A DNA stretch of 64,000 bases from a virus. Location: the IMG/VR virus record IMGVR_UViG_3300021602_000003, positions 102,257-166,256 of that record, one strand, 5' to 3'. Position 1 is the first letter of the stretch, and each line of letters begins with the position of its first letter. Under the pieces are notes generated by a model. That model saw only the letters and a list, made by a program, of their open reading frames with translations. It made no database searches and was not told the origin of the DNA. Position numbers and translations under genes: made by a program. Positions 47,589 through 56,490 of this stretch are shown piece by piece.

Positions 47589-48377
47589 ATGAGCGAATTT
47601 GTAAGAAAAGGTCATGAAGGCGTAACATTTTTTGTAGGCCCCGAAATTGAGCAGACACCGGCATTTAACAAGAAGACATTATTTGTAGTAGGATTACAGG
47701 ATACGCAAACTATCTTGGATCACGCTAAGAAATATGGCGTCAAGCACATCTTCCTTAGTGCTAACAGGTCGTTCGATTCTGTCGACATGGTAAACGGAAA
47801 GTATATGGTCGGTAACACACTAGCTTCTGACTGGGATAAACAAATCTTGTTCTTGCTTAATGCAGGATTCATGGTATCTTTAGATTATCCAGCGCATAAA
47901 CATGGTATGGTACTCAATATCTTAAATCAGGATGTATGGCAATCTAGGAACTTTGTGCCAGTTCTAAGTGTTGCAATTCCTCATGTAAATACATCCAACA
48001 TTAATTTAACAATTAAGATTGATGACATTAATTTTGGTGCAACAAATCCCGGTGTATGGTGTATGAATCATCACGAAGTAACAGATAGCAATCGCTTCAC
48101 AAGTTGGAGTGAATATGTAGATGATGTTATTATTACAACAGAGCAGCCCAAACAGGCGCTAAATAAGCCATTGAGCGATGTAAAGAATCAAGCAGAGTTA
48201 GGACTTGATCCAGACGCTAAATCACAACTGAAACCGGAAGATGAAGAAACGCAAATCCAGACCGTCAAAACGAGTACTATTCAGACTACTAATGATGCAG
48301 TTGAAGCATATACGGCTGGTACTACGAAAGACCCGCTATCTGCGAAAGAACCGAAAACAGTAAAGGCTAAGAAATGA
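47589..48377 (+). CDS. hypothetical protein in modification cluster
   Basis: 262-aa ORF between the glycosyltransferase and the QueD-like gene. Confidence 0.7.
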   Translation: MSEFVRKGHEGVTFFVGPEIEQTPAFNKKTLFVVGLQDTQTILDHAKKYGVKHIFLSANRSFDSVDMVNGKYMVGNTLASDWDKQILFLLNAGFMVSLDYPAHKHGMVLNILNQDVWQSRNFVPVLSVAIPHVNTSNINLTIKIDDINFGATNPGVWCMNHHEVTDSNRFTSWSEYVDDVIITTEQPKQALNKPLSDVKNQAELGLDPDAKSQLKPEDEETQIQTVKTSTIQTTNDAVEAYTAGTTKDPLSAKEPKTVKAKK

Positions 48378-48532
48378 GACAGCCAGACCCAAAATTACAT
48401 CAACGAGTTAGTTTCGTTAAGAGTGCATTACGTATTATCGCAGGGTGCAGCCTTGCTGTAGGGAATCTATTCTTTGCAGGTACAATGATTGTAGTTGCAG
48501 AGATATTGGGTATTATCGAAGAGATTGTATGA
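48374..48532 (+). CDS. small membrane protein (52 aa)
   Basis: Hand-translated MRQPDPKLHQRVSFVKSALRIIAG...AEILGIIEEIV; ATGA-coupled on both sides. Confidence 0.65.
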   Translation: MRQPDPKLHQRVSFVKSALRIIAGCSLAVGNLFFAGTMIVVAEILGIIEEIV

Positions 48533-48903
48533 TTAAGAGATATATAAACGTAAAGTTTACTAAAGAAGGTACACATAGGTATCCGGAAGCATTAACAGAT
48601 CCTACCTTAAAGACGGGTAATTGGGATGATGTATCTTTCTTAGGACACGAACACTTCCACTATTTTTACTTTGTTGTAACTGTTGAAGTATTCCAGAACA
48701 ATCGTGATATAGAATTCATTCAGTTTAGACGATGGCTGGAATCCTTATATCTGGAAGAACTAAAAATGGACTATATGAGCTGTGAGATGTTAGCAGAACA
48801 GCTTATCGATAAAATTCGATACAGATATGAAGGTAGATACATTAAGGTAGAGATTTACGAAGATAACATTAATGGCGGAATATTAGAATATTTTCCTAAC
48901 TAA
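48529..48903 (+). CDS. second QueD/PTPS-like T-fold protein
   Basis: EG.H.Y...HEHFHYF...RDIEF...SCE.LA...V.IYED..NG; start ATG 48529. Confidence 0.6.
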   Translation: MIKRYINVKFTKEGTHRYPEALTDPTLKTGNWDDVSFLGHEHFHYFYFVVTVEVFQNNRDIEFIQFRRWLESLYLEELKMDYMSCEMLAEQLIDKIRYRYEGRYIKVEIYEDNINGGILEYFPN

Positions 48904-49871
48904 TGAAAAGACATAACATTCTGGTTACCGGAGGCTGTGGATTTATAGGCACGCAAGTAGTATATAAGTTACATGAAGAAGGCCACAAAATTACTATTGT
49001 GGATAAGAATACGCAGAACTGGAATGGTCCGGGCGAAGTTATCGAATCAGATTATTGTGACTTCATTAAAACAAATACAACTAAATTTGATACAATAGTA
49101 CATCTAGCAGCGGAGCATATTGTACCGCAAAGCCTGTCAGAGCCGGCTAAATATTACACGAATAATGTGGTAAAAATGCAGGTTATGCTCGATCATATGG
49201 TCGCTATAGGCATAAAAAATATCATCTTTAGTTCTACCGGAAATTTATATGGCCGGCAAGGCAGAGCGCTATATCTAAAAGAAGATATGTATTATGATCC
49301 AGAGAATTCCTATGCATCGTCTAAGACAGCAGGCGAATTAATGATCAGGGATTATGCAAGAGCATATGGCATCAAGTATATAACATTTAGATACTTTAAT
49401 GCCGCCGGGGCCGATCCGGAATGTCGATTCGGATATACACAGCGACCTGCTACTCATGTTATCCCAGTTATATGTAATAAAATAATGAATAACGAAGTGT
49501 TTCAAATATTTGGTAACAACTATGCTACTAAAGACGGAACTTGTGTTAGGGACTACATTCATGTAGCTGACTTAGCAGATGGTCATGTACAGGCGATAGA
49601 ATTCCTTAATGCTGGATATAGTAATGAAATATTTAACTTAGGTGGCGGTACTGGAGGTATAAGTTTAATAGAACTAGTGAAATATGCAAGCGAAGTAGTT
49701 GGCAAAAAGCCCATATATGAATACGCAGGACCTCGTGAAGGAGACCCTGCAATATTAACGGCATGTATAGATAAAGCTAAGAACATATTACACTGGAAAC
49801 CTCAATATAATATAAGAGATATTATTTCACATGCATGGAATTGGGAGAAAAAGTTTGAAACAAGTAAATGA
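48903..49871 (+). CDS. galE: UDP-glucose 4-epimerase
   Basis: TGGCGFIG, YASSK, RYFNAAGA, DGTCVRDYIHV.DLA.GH, R.GDP. Confidence 0.9.
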   Translation: MKRHNILVTGGCGFIGTQVVYKLHEEGHKITIVDKNTQNWNGPGEVIESDYCDFIKTNTTKFDTIVHLAAEHIVPQSLSEPAKYYTNNVVKMQVMLDHMVAIGIKNIIFSSTGNLYGRQGRALYLKEDMYYDPENSYASSKTAGELMIRDYARAYGIKYITFRYFNAAGADPECRFGYTQRPATHVIPVICNKIMNNEVFQIFGNNYATKDGTCVRDYIHVADLADGHVQAIEFLNAGYSNEIFNLGGGTGGISLIELVKYASEVVGKKPIYEYAGPREGDPAILTACIDKAKNILHWKPQYNIRDIISHAWNWEKKFETSK

Positions 49872-50154
49872 TCATCAGGAAGAATGTCTTAATATTCTTC
49901 AGGAAGAATGTGCTGAAGTAATTCAGGCAGCATCTAAAATTAAACGATTTGGTGTAGTAGGTAAGAATCCAGCTTCTACAACAACCAATCTTGAAAATTT
50001 AGAAATGGAATTAGGCGATGTATTAGCGTTGGTAGATATGGTTACTAACGCGAATCTCGGTGTTACCGCTTCTGGAATAGAAAAAGCCCGTGTTAATAAG
50101 ATGATAAGACTATCTAAATATATGCATACGTGGGGCGACTCATCTGGTGTATAA
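49855..50154 (+). CDS. MazG-like protein
   Basis: QEECAEVIQA.SK..RFG....ELGDV; probable TTG start after GGAGA. Confidence 0.7.
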   Translation: MKQVNDHQEECLNILQEECAEVIQAASKIKRFGVVGKNPASTTTNLENLEMELGDVLALVDMVTNANLGVTASGIEKARVNKMIRLSKYMHTWGDSSGV

Positions 50155-50167
50155 TCCGATGGGTGAC

Positions 50168-50196
50168 TTGACTTACATGTCGAAAATCACTATAAT
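50168..50196 (+). promoter_or_regulatory. sigma70 promoter for the queE unit
   Basis: TTGACT-17nt-TATAAT. Confidence 0.8.
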
Positions 50197-50214
50197 ATCA
50201 GATAAGGACTATAT

Positions 50215-50391
50215 ATGAAAAGATACATATTCGAATTTGTGATAGAAGAAACAGATGACGAATTTTGGTCTGATATTAATGCTCGTGGTGTCACTGGCTG
50301 TGAAGAAGTTTCAGGATTTGTATATGATGCATTTAATAATGAATTCGAAGGTGTTAAAGTTAAACTTGTTAAATTCGAGGATAAAGAATAA
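50215..50391 (+). CDS. small acidic protein (58 aa)
   Basis: Hand-translated MKRYIFEFVIEETDDEFW...; AAGGA RBS; TAATG coupling to queE. Confidence 0.7.
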   Translation: MKRYIFEFVIEETDDEFWSDINARGVTGCEEVSGFVYDAFNNEFEGVKVKLVKFEDKE

Positions 50392-51290
50392 TGTTTGGTA
50401 CTAATACTATAATCGGTAAGAAATTTTTTGATAAAGCACCTAAAGATAGCTTGTATGTTACAAGTATGTTCTTTACGTTGCAAGGTGAAGGACCTTATGC
50501 GGGGTTACCTGCACTATTCATCAGACTATCAAAATGTAATTTAGCATGTTCTTTTTGCGATACATTCTTCGATGATGGCACATGGATGACCTATCAAGAA
50601 ATAAATGCTAAAGTTTATCAAACTATTATGAACTATTGGGTTGCCACACGAAAAGAATGTGCACCGCAATGGGTTATACCGTCAACTAAAGACACACTTC
50701 CTGGGATGATGTATCCTAATGTAATCTTGGTAATTACGGGCGGTGAACCTATGCTACAATCTAACCTATTAGGGTTTATGGATAAGGCATTAGAGCGATT
50801 CAAAGCAGTTCAGATTGAAACTAATGGCACCATTAGTAGTCCGTATATTGCTAGTAAGGTAACAGTGGTATGTTCTCCCAAATGTTCGGAAAAGAATGGT
50901 GTTGCAACAAAATATCTGGAACCAACTGATATGATTCTTAAGCGGGCAGATTGCCTTAAGTTTGTTATGAGTGCAGATCCAGCAAGCCCATATAGCACCG
51001 TTCCAGAATGGGCACACGAGTGGAAGAGATTGAATCCGGAAAAGGAAATCTATTGTTCGCCCATGAATGTATATAATGACTTCCCGCAAAAGATTAAACT
51101 CCTCAGAGCAGAGAAAGGCGAGATCACAATGGCAGAACGATCTACGGTAGACGAGGTGATTTCTTTCTGGGAACCCGGGTTATTGAACTTGGCAGAAAAT
51201 CAGCGCAATCACGAATACACAGGTAAATACTGTCTTGATCACGGATTCAGACTGAACCTGCAACAGCATTTATATGTAAGCATGGCATAA
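50391..51290 (+). CDS. queE: 7-carboxy-7-deazaguanine synthase (radical SAM)
   Basis: F.TLQGEG...G.PA.FIRL..CNL.C.FCDT, ITGGEP, IETNGT, SPK, LQQH. Confidence 0.9.
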   Translation: MFGTNTIIGKKFFDKAPKDSLYVTSMFFTLQGEGPYAGLPALFIRLSKCNLACSFCDTFFDDGTWMTYQEINAKVYQTIMNYWVATRKECAPQWVIPSTKDTLPGMMYPNVILVITGGEPMLQSNLLGFMDKALERFKAVQIETNGTISSPYIASKVTVVCSPKCSEKNGVATKYLEPTDMILKRADCLKFVMSADPASPYSTVPEWAHEWKRLNPEKEIYCSPMNVYNDFPQKIKLLRAEKGEITMAERSTVDEVISFWEPGLLNLAENQRNHEYTGKYCLDHGFRLNLQQHLYVSMA

Positions 51291-51303
51291 TGGAATATCA
51301 AAG

Positions 51304-51386
51304 TCAGATTTACATTTCAGATTTGGATTTTAAAATATCATTCTCAGATTAAAATCTGAACCTAGAAAATTTACGTAAATTTTCTA
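51304..51386. repeat. TCAGATT repeats plus two adjacent palindromes
   Basis: TCAGATT at 51304, 51317 and 51344; TCAGATT-AA-AATCTGA; perfect 24-bp TAGAAAATTTACGTAAATTTTCTA at 51363-51386. Confidence 0.7.
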
Positions 51387-51405
51387 CCTATACACAGGAA
51401 TAACG

Positions 51406-52056
51406 ATGTCAAAAAAATTAATACCCTTTTCACTATTGCCATTTACATGGGGAATGGCCGGAAAAACAAGAGAGCGAGCCAGAGCTGAGTATGAATTATC
51501 GGGGTTCGAATTAGAGCGGAAATTACTCGAGTTATCCAAAGACGAGCTCGACGAGGATACTTATTTTAAACGATTTAATGATCTGGAATTAAGAAGAGGC
51601 GTTATAGACAAGGACGAATATGATCACTTACTTCTAACACTCATTAAAGACGACGGGGAAAGAAAACAAGCATTGTTGAACCTTAAAAAGGAACAAGGAA
51701 AGATTACCGAACTCGAACACGGCAAACAAACTGCCACATTAAAAGGTGAGCCATGGGTAACTGTATTAAGCATGGACTTTGGTGGAAAGAAATCGTTAGA
51801 AGGTAGCTTCGAATTAGACTGGAATGAGTTGTTTGTAGAGAATCTTAAGAAAGAAGGTTATGAAGGCCCAACTCCCGATAGCATTGTTAATCAGTGGTTT
51901 ATGGAAGTATGCAGAAATGTAGCATTAGAAGAATTCGATGGTACGGGTGATTTCACTGCAGATTCAGATGCCAACATGGAAGCAATGAGACGCTGGAATG
52001 CAAACGATAATTCGACCCCTAAGGCGTTTGGTGAAGGTAGACGTGGGTACAAATAA
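51406..52056 (+). CDS. hypothetical protein
   Basis: EPWV.V....G.FELDWN..F...L...GY; AGGA RBS. Confidence 0.75.
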   Translation: MSKKLIPFSLLPFTWGMAGKTRERARAEYELSGFELERKLLELSKDELDEDTYFKRFNDLELRRGVIDKDEYDHLLLTLIKDDGERKQALLNLKKEQGKITELEHGKQTATLKGEPWVTVLSMDFGGKKSLEGSFELDWNELFVENLKKEGYEGPTPDSIVNQWFMEVCRNVALEEFDGTGDFTADSDANMEAMRRWNANDNSTPKAFGEGRRGYK

Positions 52057-52328
52057 TGCACTTAAGGACCTACTATGCTATGAAGGCCAGATTAGGTGGC
52101 GAGAAAATGACAAAACATCAGAAACTCTGCTGGAAATATTATCCAGTCCCCGGGTGTCTTCAGCATGAAATCCATCCGAAACGCCAAGAAATCCTATTCG
52201 ATCATTACGTCGAACGCCCCCAGAAATCCTGCGTAGTATATTGGCGTTCACACCCAGCAGAATACCAGGCGCTTCTTGAACGGATCAATGTTGTTAAGCG
52301 TCGACCTAGTGTAAGCGACTCGTTGTAA
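52056..52328 (+). CDS. hypothetical protein
   Basis: TAATG coupled. Confidence 0.55.
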   Translation: MHLRTYYAMKARLGGEKMTKHQKLCWKYYPVPGCLQHEIHPKRQEILFDHYVERPQKSCVVYWRSHPAEYQALLERINVVKRRPSVSDSL

Positions 52329-52345
52329 GTTTACAATCTAGCCAG

Positions 52346-52374
52346 TAGACAGTCACCCTTAAATATAGTATAAT
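52346..52374 (+). promoter_or_regulatory. sigma70 promoter, probably giving a leaderless rnh mRNA
   Basis: TAGACA-17nt-TATAAT; ATG 5 nt later with no SD. Confidence 0.65.
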
Positions 52375-52379
52375 CAGAC

Positions 52380-53417
52380 ATGCACACATTTATCCATACA
52401 GACGGCGCAAATCTATTTCACCGCCAAATTAAAATGACCAATCCTGCATTGGGCATCGATAGTATGATAGGGATGGCATTGCACCTTATTCTTAGCAGTA
52501 TGAAAAAAGAGTACAATAAATTTAATGGTACTCATACTGTATTCTTTATAGAAGGCCACTCGTGGAGAAAACACGTCTACCCCGATTACAAGGGTAATCG
52601 TACAGCGGCCAGAGCATTGCTAACACAAAAAGAACAAGAAGATCATGCCATTCTTACAGAAGCATTCGATGATCTTGTAGAGTACTTAGACACCAAGACT
52701 AATGTAACTGTATTACAGAATAAACATGCAGAAGCAGACGACATGATTGCAATGTTTATCGAGGCACACCCCGACGATAAACACATAGTAATCAGCTCAG
52801 ACTCAGATTTCTTTCAGTTATTAAGATATCCCGGTGTTATGTTGTATGATCCTGTCAAGGACATCCAGATAAAACAAGATGGAGTTTACGACGATAACGG
52901 GAAGAGACTCGAATTCATCTTGTCATCCGATGCTAAGATTAAGCCCGGTAAACGAAATCCCACCTTTGTGTGTGAAGATAAGTGGTATGAATATGCTTTG
53001 TTCTTAAAATGCGTCCGTGGGGATAAGACAGACAATATTTTTAGTGCCTATCCCGGTGTTCGGGAAAAAGGCACAAAGTCGAGTGTGGGTATCCGCGAAG
53101 CATTCGGCGATCAGACAGCCAAAGGATTTAGCTGGCATAATTTTATGTTGCAGAAATGGGTAGACCATAACCAACAAGAACAAATCGTTAGAGAGCGTTA
53201 TGAATTTAATCGTATGCTGATAGACTTAACACAGATACCGGACGATATCAAGATAGAATGTCTACAAATCATTGCAGAGGAGACTGGAAGAAAAGCAGTT
53301 CCAGCAATTGAGATCGGACACCATTTCATGAAATTTTGTGGTAGATGGGAATTAAAGAAGATAGGCGATAACTCTGTAGATTTTATGCCTATGCTTCGTG
53401 CTAAATACATTTCTTAA
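52380..53417 (+). CDS. rnh: 5'-3' exonuclease / T4 RNase H-like flap endonuclease
   Basis: DG.N, SWRK.VYP.YKGNR, EADD.I, ISSDSDF.QL, GDKTDNI. Confidence 0.88.
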   Translation: MHTFIHTDGANLFHRQIKMTNPALGIDSMIGMALHLILSSMKKEYNKFNGTHTVFFIEGHSWRKHVYPDYKGNRTAARALLTQKEQEDHAILTEAFDDLVEYLDTKTNVTVLQNKHAEADDMIAMFIEAHPDDKHIVISSDSDFFQLLRYPGVMLYDPVKDIQIKQDGVYDDNGKRLEFILSSDAKIKPGKRNPTFVCEDKWYEYALFLKCVRGDKTDNIFSAYPGVREKGTKSSVGIREAFGDQTAKGFSWHNFMLQKWVDHNQQEQIVRERYEFNRMLIDLTQIPDDIKIECLQIIAEETGRKAVPAIEIGHHFMKFCGRWELKKIGDNSVDFMPMLRAKYIS

Positions 53418-53428
53418 AAGGAAAAAGA

Positions 53429-53935
53429 ATGTCCGTAAAATTAAAACCTATCACGGAAACCAGCTGGCTGGTGATTAGTGATACAGAAGATAACCGTGTA
53501 GGATTATTAACTGAAATTCGTAACCAGTATGTGTTAATGGTTAAAGGCGTGAAACAACAATTTGTAGATAGAAAAGAAGTCAATAAATTTTTCAACGAAG
53601 ATGTATTTGAAAATGTGGTTGACAAGACAGAGAAAGAATGTATTACCAATTATTTCATAAATGGCTACCCTGTAGATTTCGATAGCCCTACCGAGGTATT
53701 AATAAAAGGCAATAAACTGCCGCTCTTTAGTAAAAAAGCGACCAGCAATGTGTATTATAGTGCAGGTTATTATTGCTTGCATTTTCCTAAGAACTGGATG
53801 CCCGCATTTTGTCCTAAATTTTCTACCTTAGAAACGTATGAATATGCAGGCCCTTTCAAGACAGAATTAGAGATGAGAAGTGCCTTAACAAAGAATCGCA
53901 AACAAAAGAATTCAGACAATGTTGGAAATAAATAA
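53429..53935 (+). CDS. hypothetical protein
   Basis: AAGGA RBS; AGYY...FCPK...L..Y.Y.GPFKT. Confidence 0.75.
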   Translation: MSVKLKPITETSWLVISDTEDNRVGLLTEIRNQYVLMVKGVKQQFVDRKEVNKFFNEDVFENVVDKTEKECITNYFINGYPVDFDSPTEVLIKGNKLPLFSKKATSNVYYSAGYYCLHFPKNWMPAFCPKFSTLETYEYAGPFKTELEMRSALTKNRKQKNSDNVGNK

Positions 53936-54116
53936 ACTCAGATTACGTTTACAGAACGTTAAGAAAGATGTTGTAGAATACAGGATGTCTATAACACAAG
54001 CAAATAGACTGTTGAAAGAAATCGACGATATATTAGTACAAAAAGAAAAACCACTCGAAGTGGTTATCAATGCACCCGCCGAAACAACTCGAATAATAGA
54101 CGGCGGGCACCTATAG
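53919..54116 (+). CDS. hypothetical protein
   Basis: Ends IIDGGHL just before a terminator. Confidence 0.6.
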   Translation: MLEINKLRLRLQNVKKDVVEYRMSITQANRLLKEIDDILVQKEKPLEVVINAPAETTRIIDGGHL

Positions 54117-54140
54117 TAAGACCTTCGGGTCTTACCTTTT
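54116..54140. terminator. UUCG-tetraloop hairpin between convergent genes
   Basis: GTAAGACC-TTCG-GGTCTTAC-CTTTT. Confidence 0.7.
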
Positions 54141-54374
54141 ATACGGTATAATATCCACTCTAAGACGTGGATTCTTATTATGCAGAGAGGTTGCAGATTT
54201 CAGTGCAGCTTCTTCTGATTCAAAATCTTTCCAGTGTTTACCATTTATAAAGACTGAATAAGTAGGTATCATTTTGGGACGGCTAGGTTCCCACTGACCG
54301 TTAGCCTTGTCGAATTCGGCATTATATCGGGTCTGCTCTAATCTGTTTTCTCGGATTAATTCTTGTAATTTCAT
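54132..54374 (-). CDS. hypothetical, candidate head-targeted protein
   Basis: MKLQELIREN start; GATAAATA 8 nt upstream on the - strand. Confidence 0.7.
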   Translation of the reverse strand: MKLQELIRENRLEQTRYNAEFDKANGQWEPSRPKMIPTYSVFINGKHWKDFESEEAALKSATSLHNKNPRLRVDIIPYKR

Positions 54375-54458
54375 AATCTATTATTTATCTGATATTTTAG
54401 AAACTCATTAAAAGTGTATTTTTTGATAAATATATACATATTATTGGAGAATACTCAC

Positions 54459-54749
54459 ATGGCGAGACCAAAACCCACCGTACTTTTAGAGAACGTTAAC
54501 AAACAATATAAGGCAGAGCAAGTACTTGAAGCCGAAGCAATCTACGCTGTATTCTACCAAGAAAAGCCCATAAACTTAAGAACACTTAGCCATCTCATAT
54601 CCTATCCTGGTCCAAAATATAAAAAGTGTGCATTTTCCAACAAGGGACATTGTTTCAATCTTGCTGAAAGATTAAATAAGATGTTTAAGACTTCTGATTT
54701 TAGTGTGGTTGCTCTCACACAAGGCACAATTATTACCGAAAATGATTAA
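54459..54749 (+). CDS. hypothetical protein
   Basis: MARPKPTVLLE...GPKYKK..FSN.GH..NLA..LN; TGATAAATA and GGAG upstream. Confidence 0.75.
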   Translation: MARPKPTVLLENVNKQYKAEQVLEAEAIYAVFYQEKPINLRTLSHLISYPGPKYKKCAFSNKGHCFNLAERLNKMFKTSDFSVVALTQGTIITEND

Positions 54750-55795
54750 GCTCTCCCAGCCCAATACTTTTCTGGTTTAATTTCATTCAATAGAATATTT
54801 CGTTCTTTAAGAAAGTTTCGTTTAGATTCGTCTATTTCGAAACTTTCTTTTATTGTCACCTTACAATTTTTCCAAGGAGTAGAAGGGCGATTTCCTTTTT
54901 CTAATACTTCTTTTTCTGTATAGTGAAACGGGCCATGATATTCCAATACTTCGATGATATGATTTATGTCACCACGAAAGCCTGTCTCGAATACAGTTAA
55001 GTCAAACATATTCCACCTACCATCAAAGTATGTCCCCCATTCATATAGATTTATTTCTTTATCTGTATATGCTACTTGACCGACATTATAATTTTTATCT
55101 TTAATATATTGACGAATATAGAGTGTTGCTTCCATACTACTATTTTTAAATGTTCTATTACCACCTTCTTTAATTCGGGTTGCAACACCTCGTGCTGCAA
55201 CTTCTGGAAGTTGCATCGCATACTCAACACCATATTTTTTCATATTTGTATCTTTCCTACGAATTTCGATGCCTGGTATATTCCACACCTTATCGACACC
55301 ATATGTGGCCTGCAATGTATCTTTCCTCTTCTTTAGAATAACAGCTTGGTCATTCTTTTTGTATGTGGCTAAGGATCTGGCCCTTAGTTCTGTATTCTGT
55401 AAAGGAAATTCAGATCCATATCTTTCTATCATAGTGATTCGTCTCTTATCACGAATTTTTATATTCCCAAGAGTATTTTCGCACCCATATTTTTCTAAAT
55501 TAGTTCCTTTTCTCTTAACTGTTCCGCATCCGTTTTTCACGTAACATTTATGAGAACAATATTCACCGTATCCTGCGGTTCTGTCTGTATATTTTAATTC
55601 TTTAGTGCAGCATTTACAGGCGGGACGGATATCTAATTGGTGTAACAACAAATATAATGCCTCGGCGTAACTATATTTAGACTCTGATAATTGTTTATCA
55701 ATTTCAGGAAACTGATTCTTGATGTGTTTCCTATATGCCATATAGGATGTATTTTCTTCTAATATTTTGTTAATTGATAAAATAATATTCTGCAT
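54746..55795 (-). CDS. putative homing endonuclease, paralog of 17380..18288
   Basis: Zn finger, T...KYG repeats, shared LYEWG.Y..GRW..DL.VFE.G.RGD...LEYHGPFHY. Confidence 0.72.
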   Translation of the reverse strand: MQNIILSINKILEENTSYMAYRKHIKNQFPEIDKQLSESKYSYAEALYLLLHQLDIRPACKCCTKELKYTDRTAGYGEYCSHKCYVKNGCGTVKRKGTNLEKYGCENTLGNIKIRDKRRITMIERYGSEFPLQNTELRARSLATYKKNDQAVILKKRKDTLQATYGVDKVWNIPGIEIRRKDTNMKKYGVEYAMQLPEVAARGVATRIKEGGNRTFKNSSMEATLYIRQYIKDKNYNVGQVAYTDKEINLYEWGTYFDGRWNMFDLTVFETGFRGDINHIIEVLEYHGPFHYTEKEVLEKGNRPSTPWKNCKVTIKESFEIDESKRNFLKERNILLNEIKPEKYWAGRA

Positions 55796-55848
55796 ATACT
55801 ATTTATCATAGATAACAAATAACCTTTAATAATCACGGGCATATAATA

Positions 55849-56223
55849 TTAAGGGATAGAACTCATAAAGCAGTCGGGGTATTTTTCTGCGAATTTACGC
55901 ATAATTATCCCGGCAAGTGCATTAGCTTCATTTTCTACATCGCTACCGTCTTCGCCATCCATCTCGTCACCTGCTAACTGTTGTTTCCAATGTGTTAGTT
56001 CATGAGCAAGTGTTCGCATGACATCCAATGGGTGTCTACCTTTTGTAATTACCTTAACATGGTTTCCATTGAACTCACCGAAAGATTTCTTATCTCCAGA
56101 TTCAATAAAGGATTGATTACTTATGAGATGGATGTGTGGCAATTCATTTATACCTAATTCCTCTTTACAAAGCTGAATTAAGTGAGATATTGCAGGTTCT
56201 AATATAGCTTCTTTAATCTTCAT
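55849..56223 (-). CDS. zincin-like metallopeptidase, candidate head-targeted protein
   Basis: RTLAHELTHWKQ...E.EAN; MKIKEAILE start 5 nt after GATAAATA. Confidence 0.75.
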   Translation of the reverse strand: MKIKEAILEPAISHLIQLCKEELGINELPHIHLISNQSFIESGDKKSFGEFNGNHVKVITKGRHPLDVMRTLAHELTHWKQQLAGDEMDGEDGSDVENEANALAGIIMRKFAEKYPDCFMSSIP

Positions 56224-56258
56224 ATTGCTATTTATCTTATCTTGTGTTATAATGTAAT

Positions 56259-56483
56259 ATGAAATCATTTTTAGATCACACATCATTTTGGGGAGCGGTC
56301 GCAGGCTCGATGCTCATGGCACTGAAAATCTCTGTGTCAGGTTGGGCATTCCTGTTATTTCTTTTATCTAACATAGCAACAATTTATTTATTAAAAGATT
56401 CGGATGCTTCTAAATCTATAATATATCAGAGTTATTTCTTTGTTGTTATAAATCTTGTAGGTATTGTTCGTTGGTTATTATAA
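56259..56483 (+). CDS. small membrane protein (PnuC-like half)
   Basis: Three hydrophobic segments ending INLVGIVRW. Confidence 0.6.
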   Translation: MKSFLDHTSFWGAVAGSMLMALKISVSGWAFLLFLLSNIATIYLLKDSDASKSIIYQSYFFVVINLVGIVRWLL

Positions 56484-56490
56484 ATAGTTT

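Noticed and set aside
48445-48528. Cys-rich N-terminal extension of the QueD-like ORF
   Set aside because: It overlaps the coupled 48374..48532 membrane ORF; the real start is probably ATG 48529.
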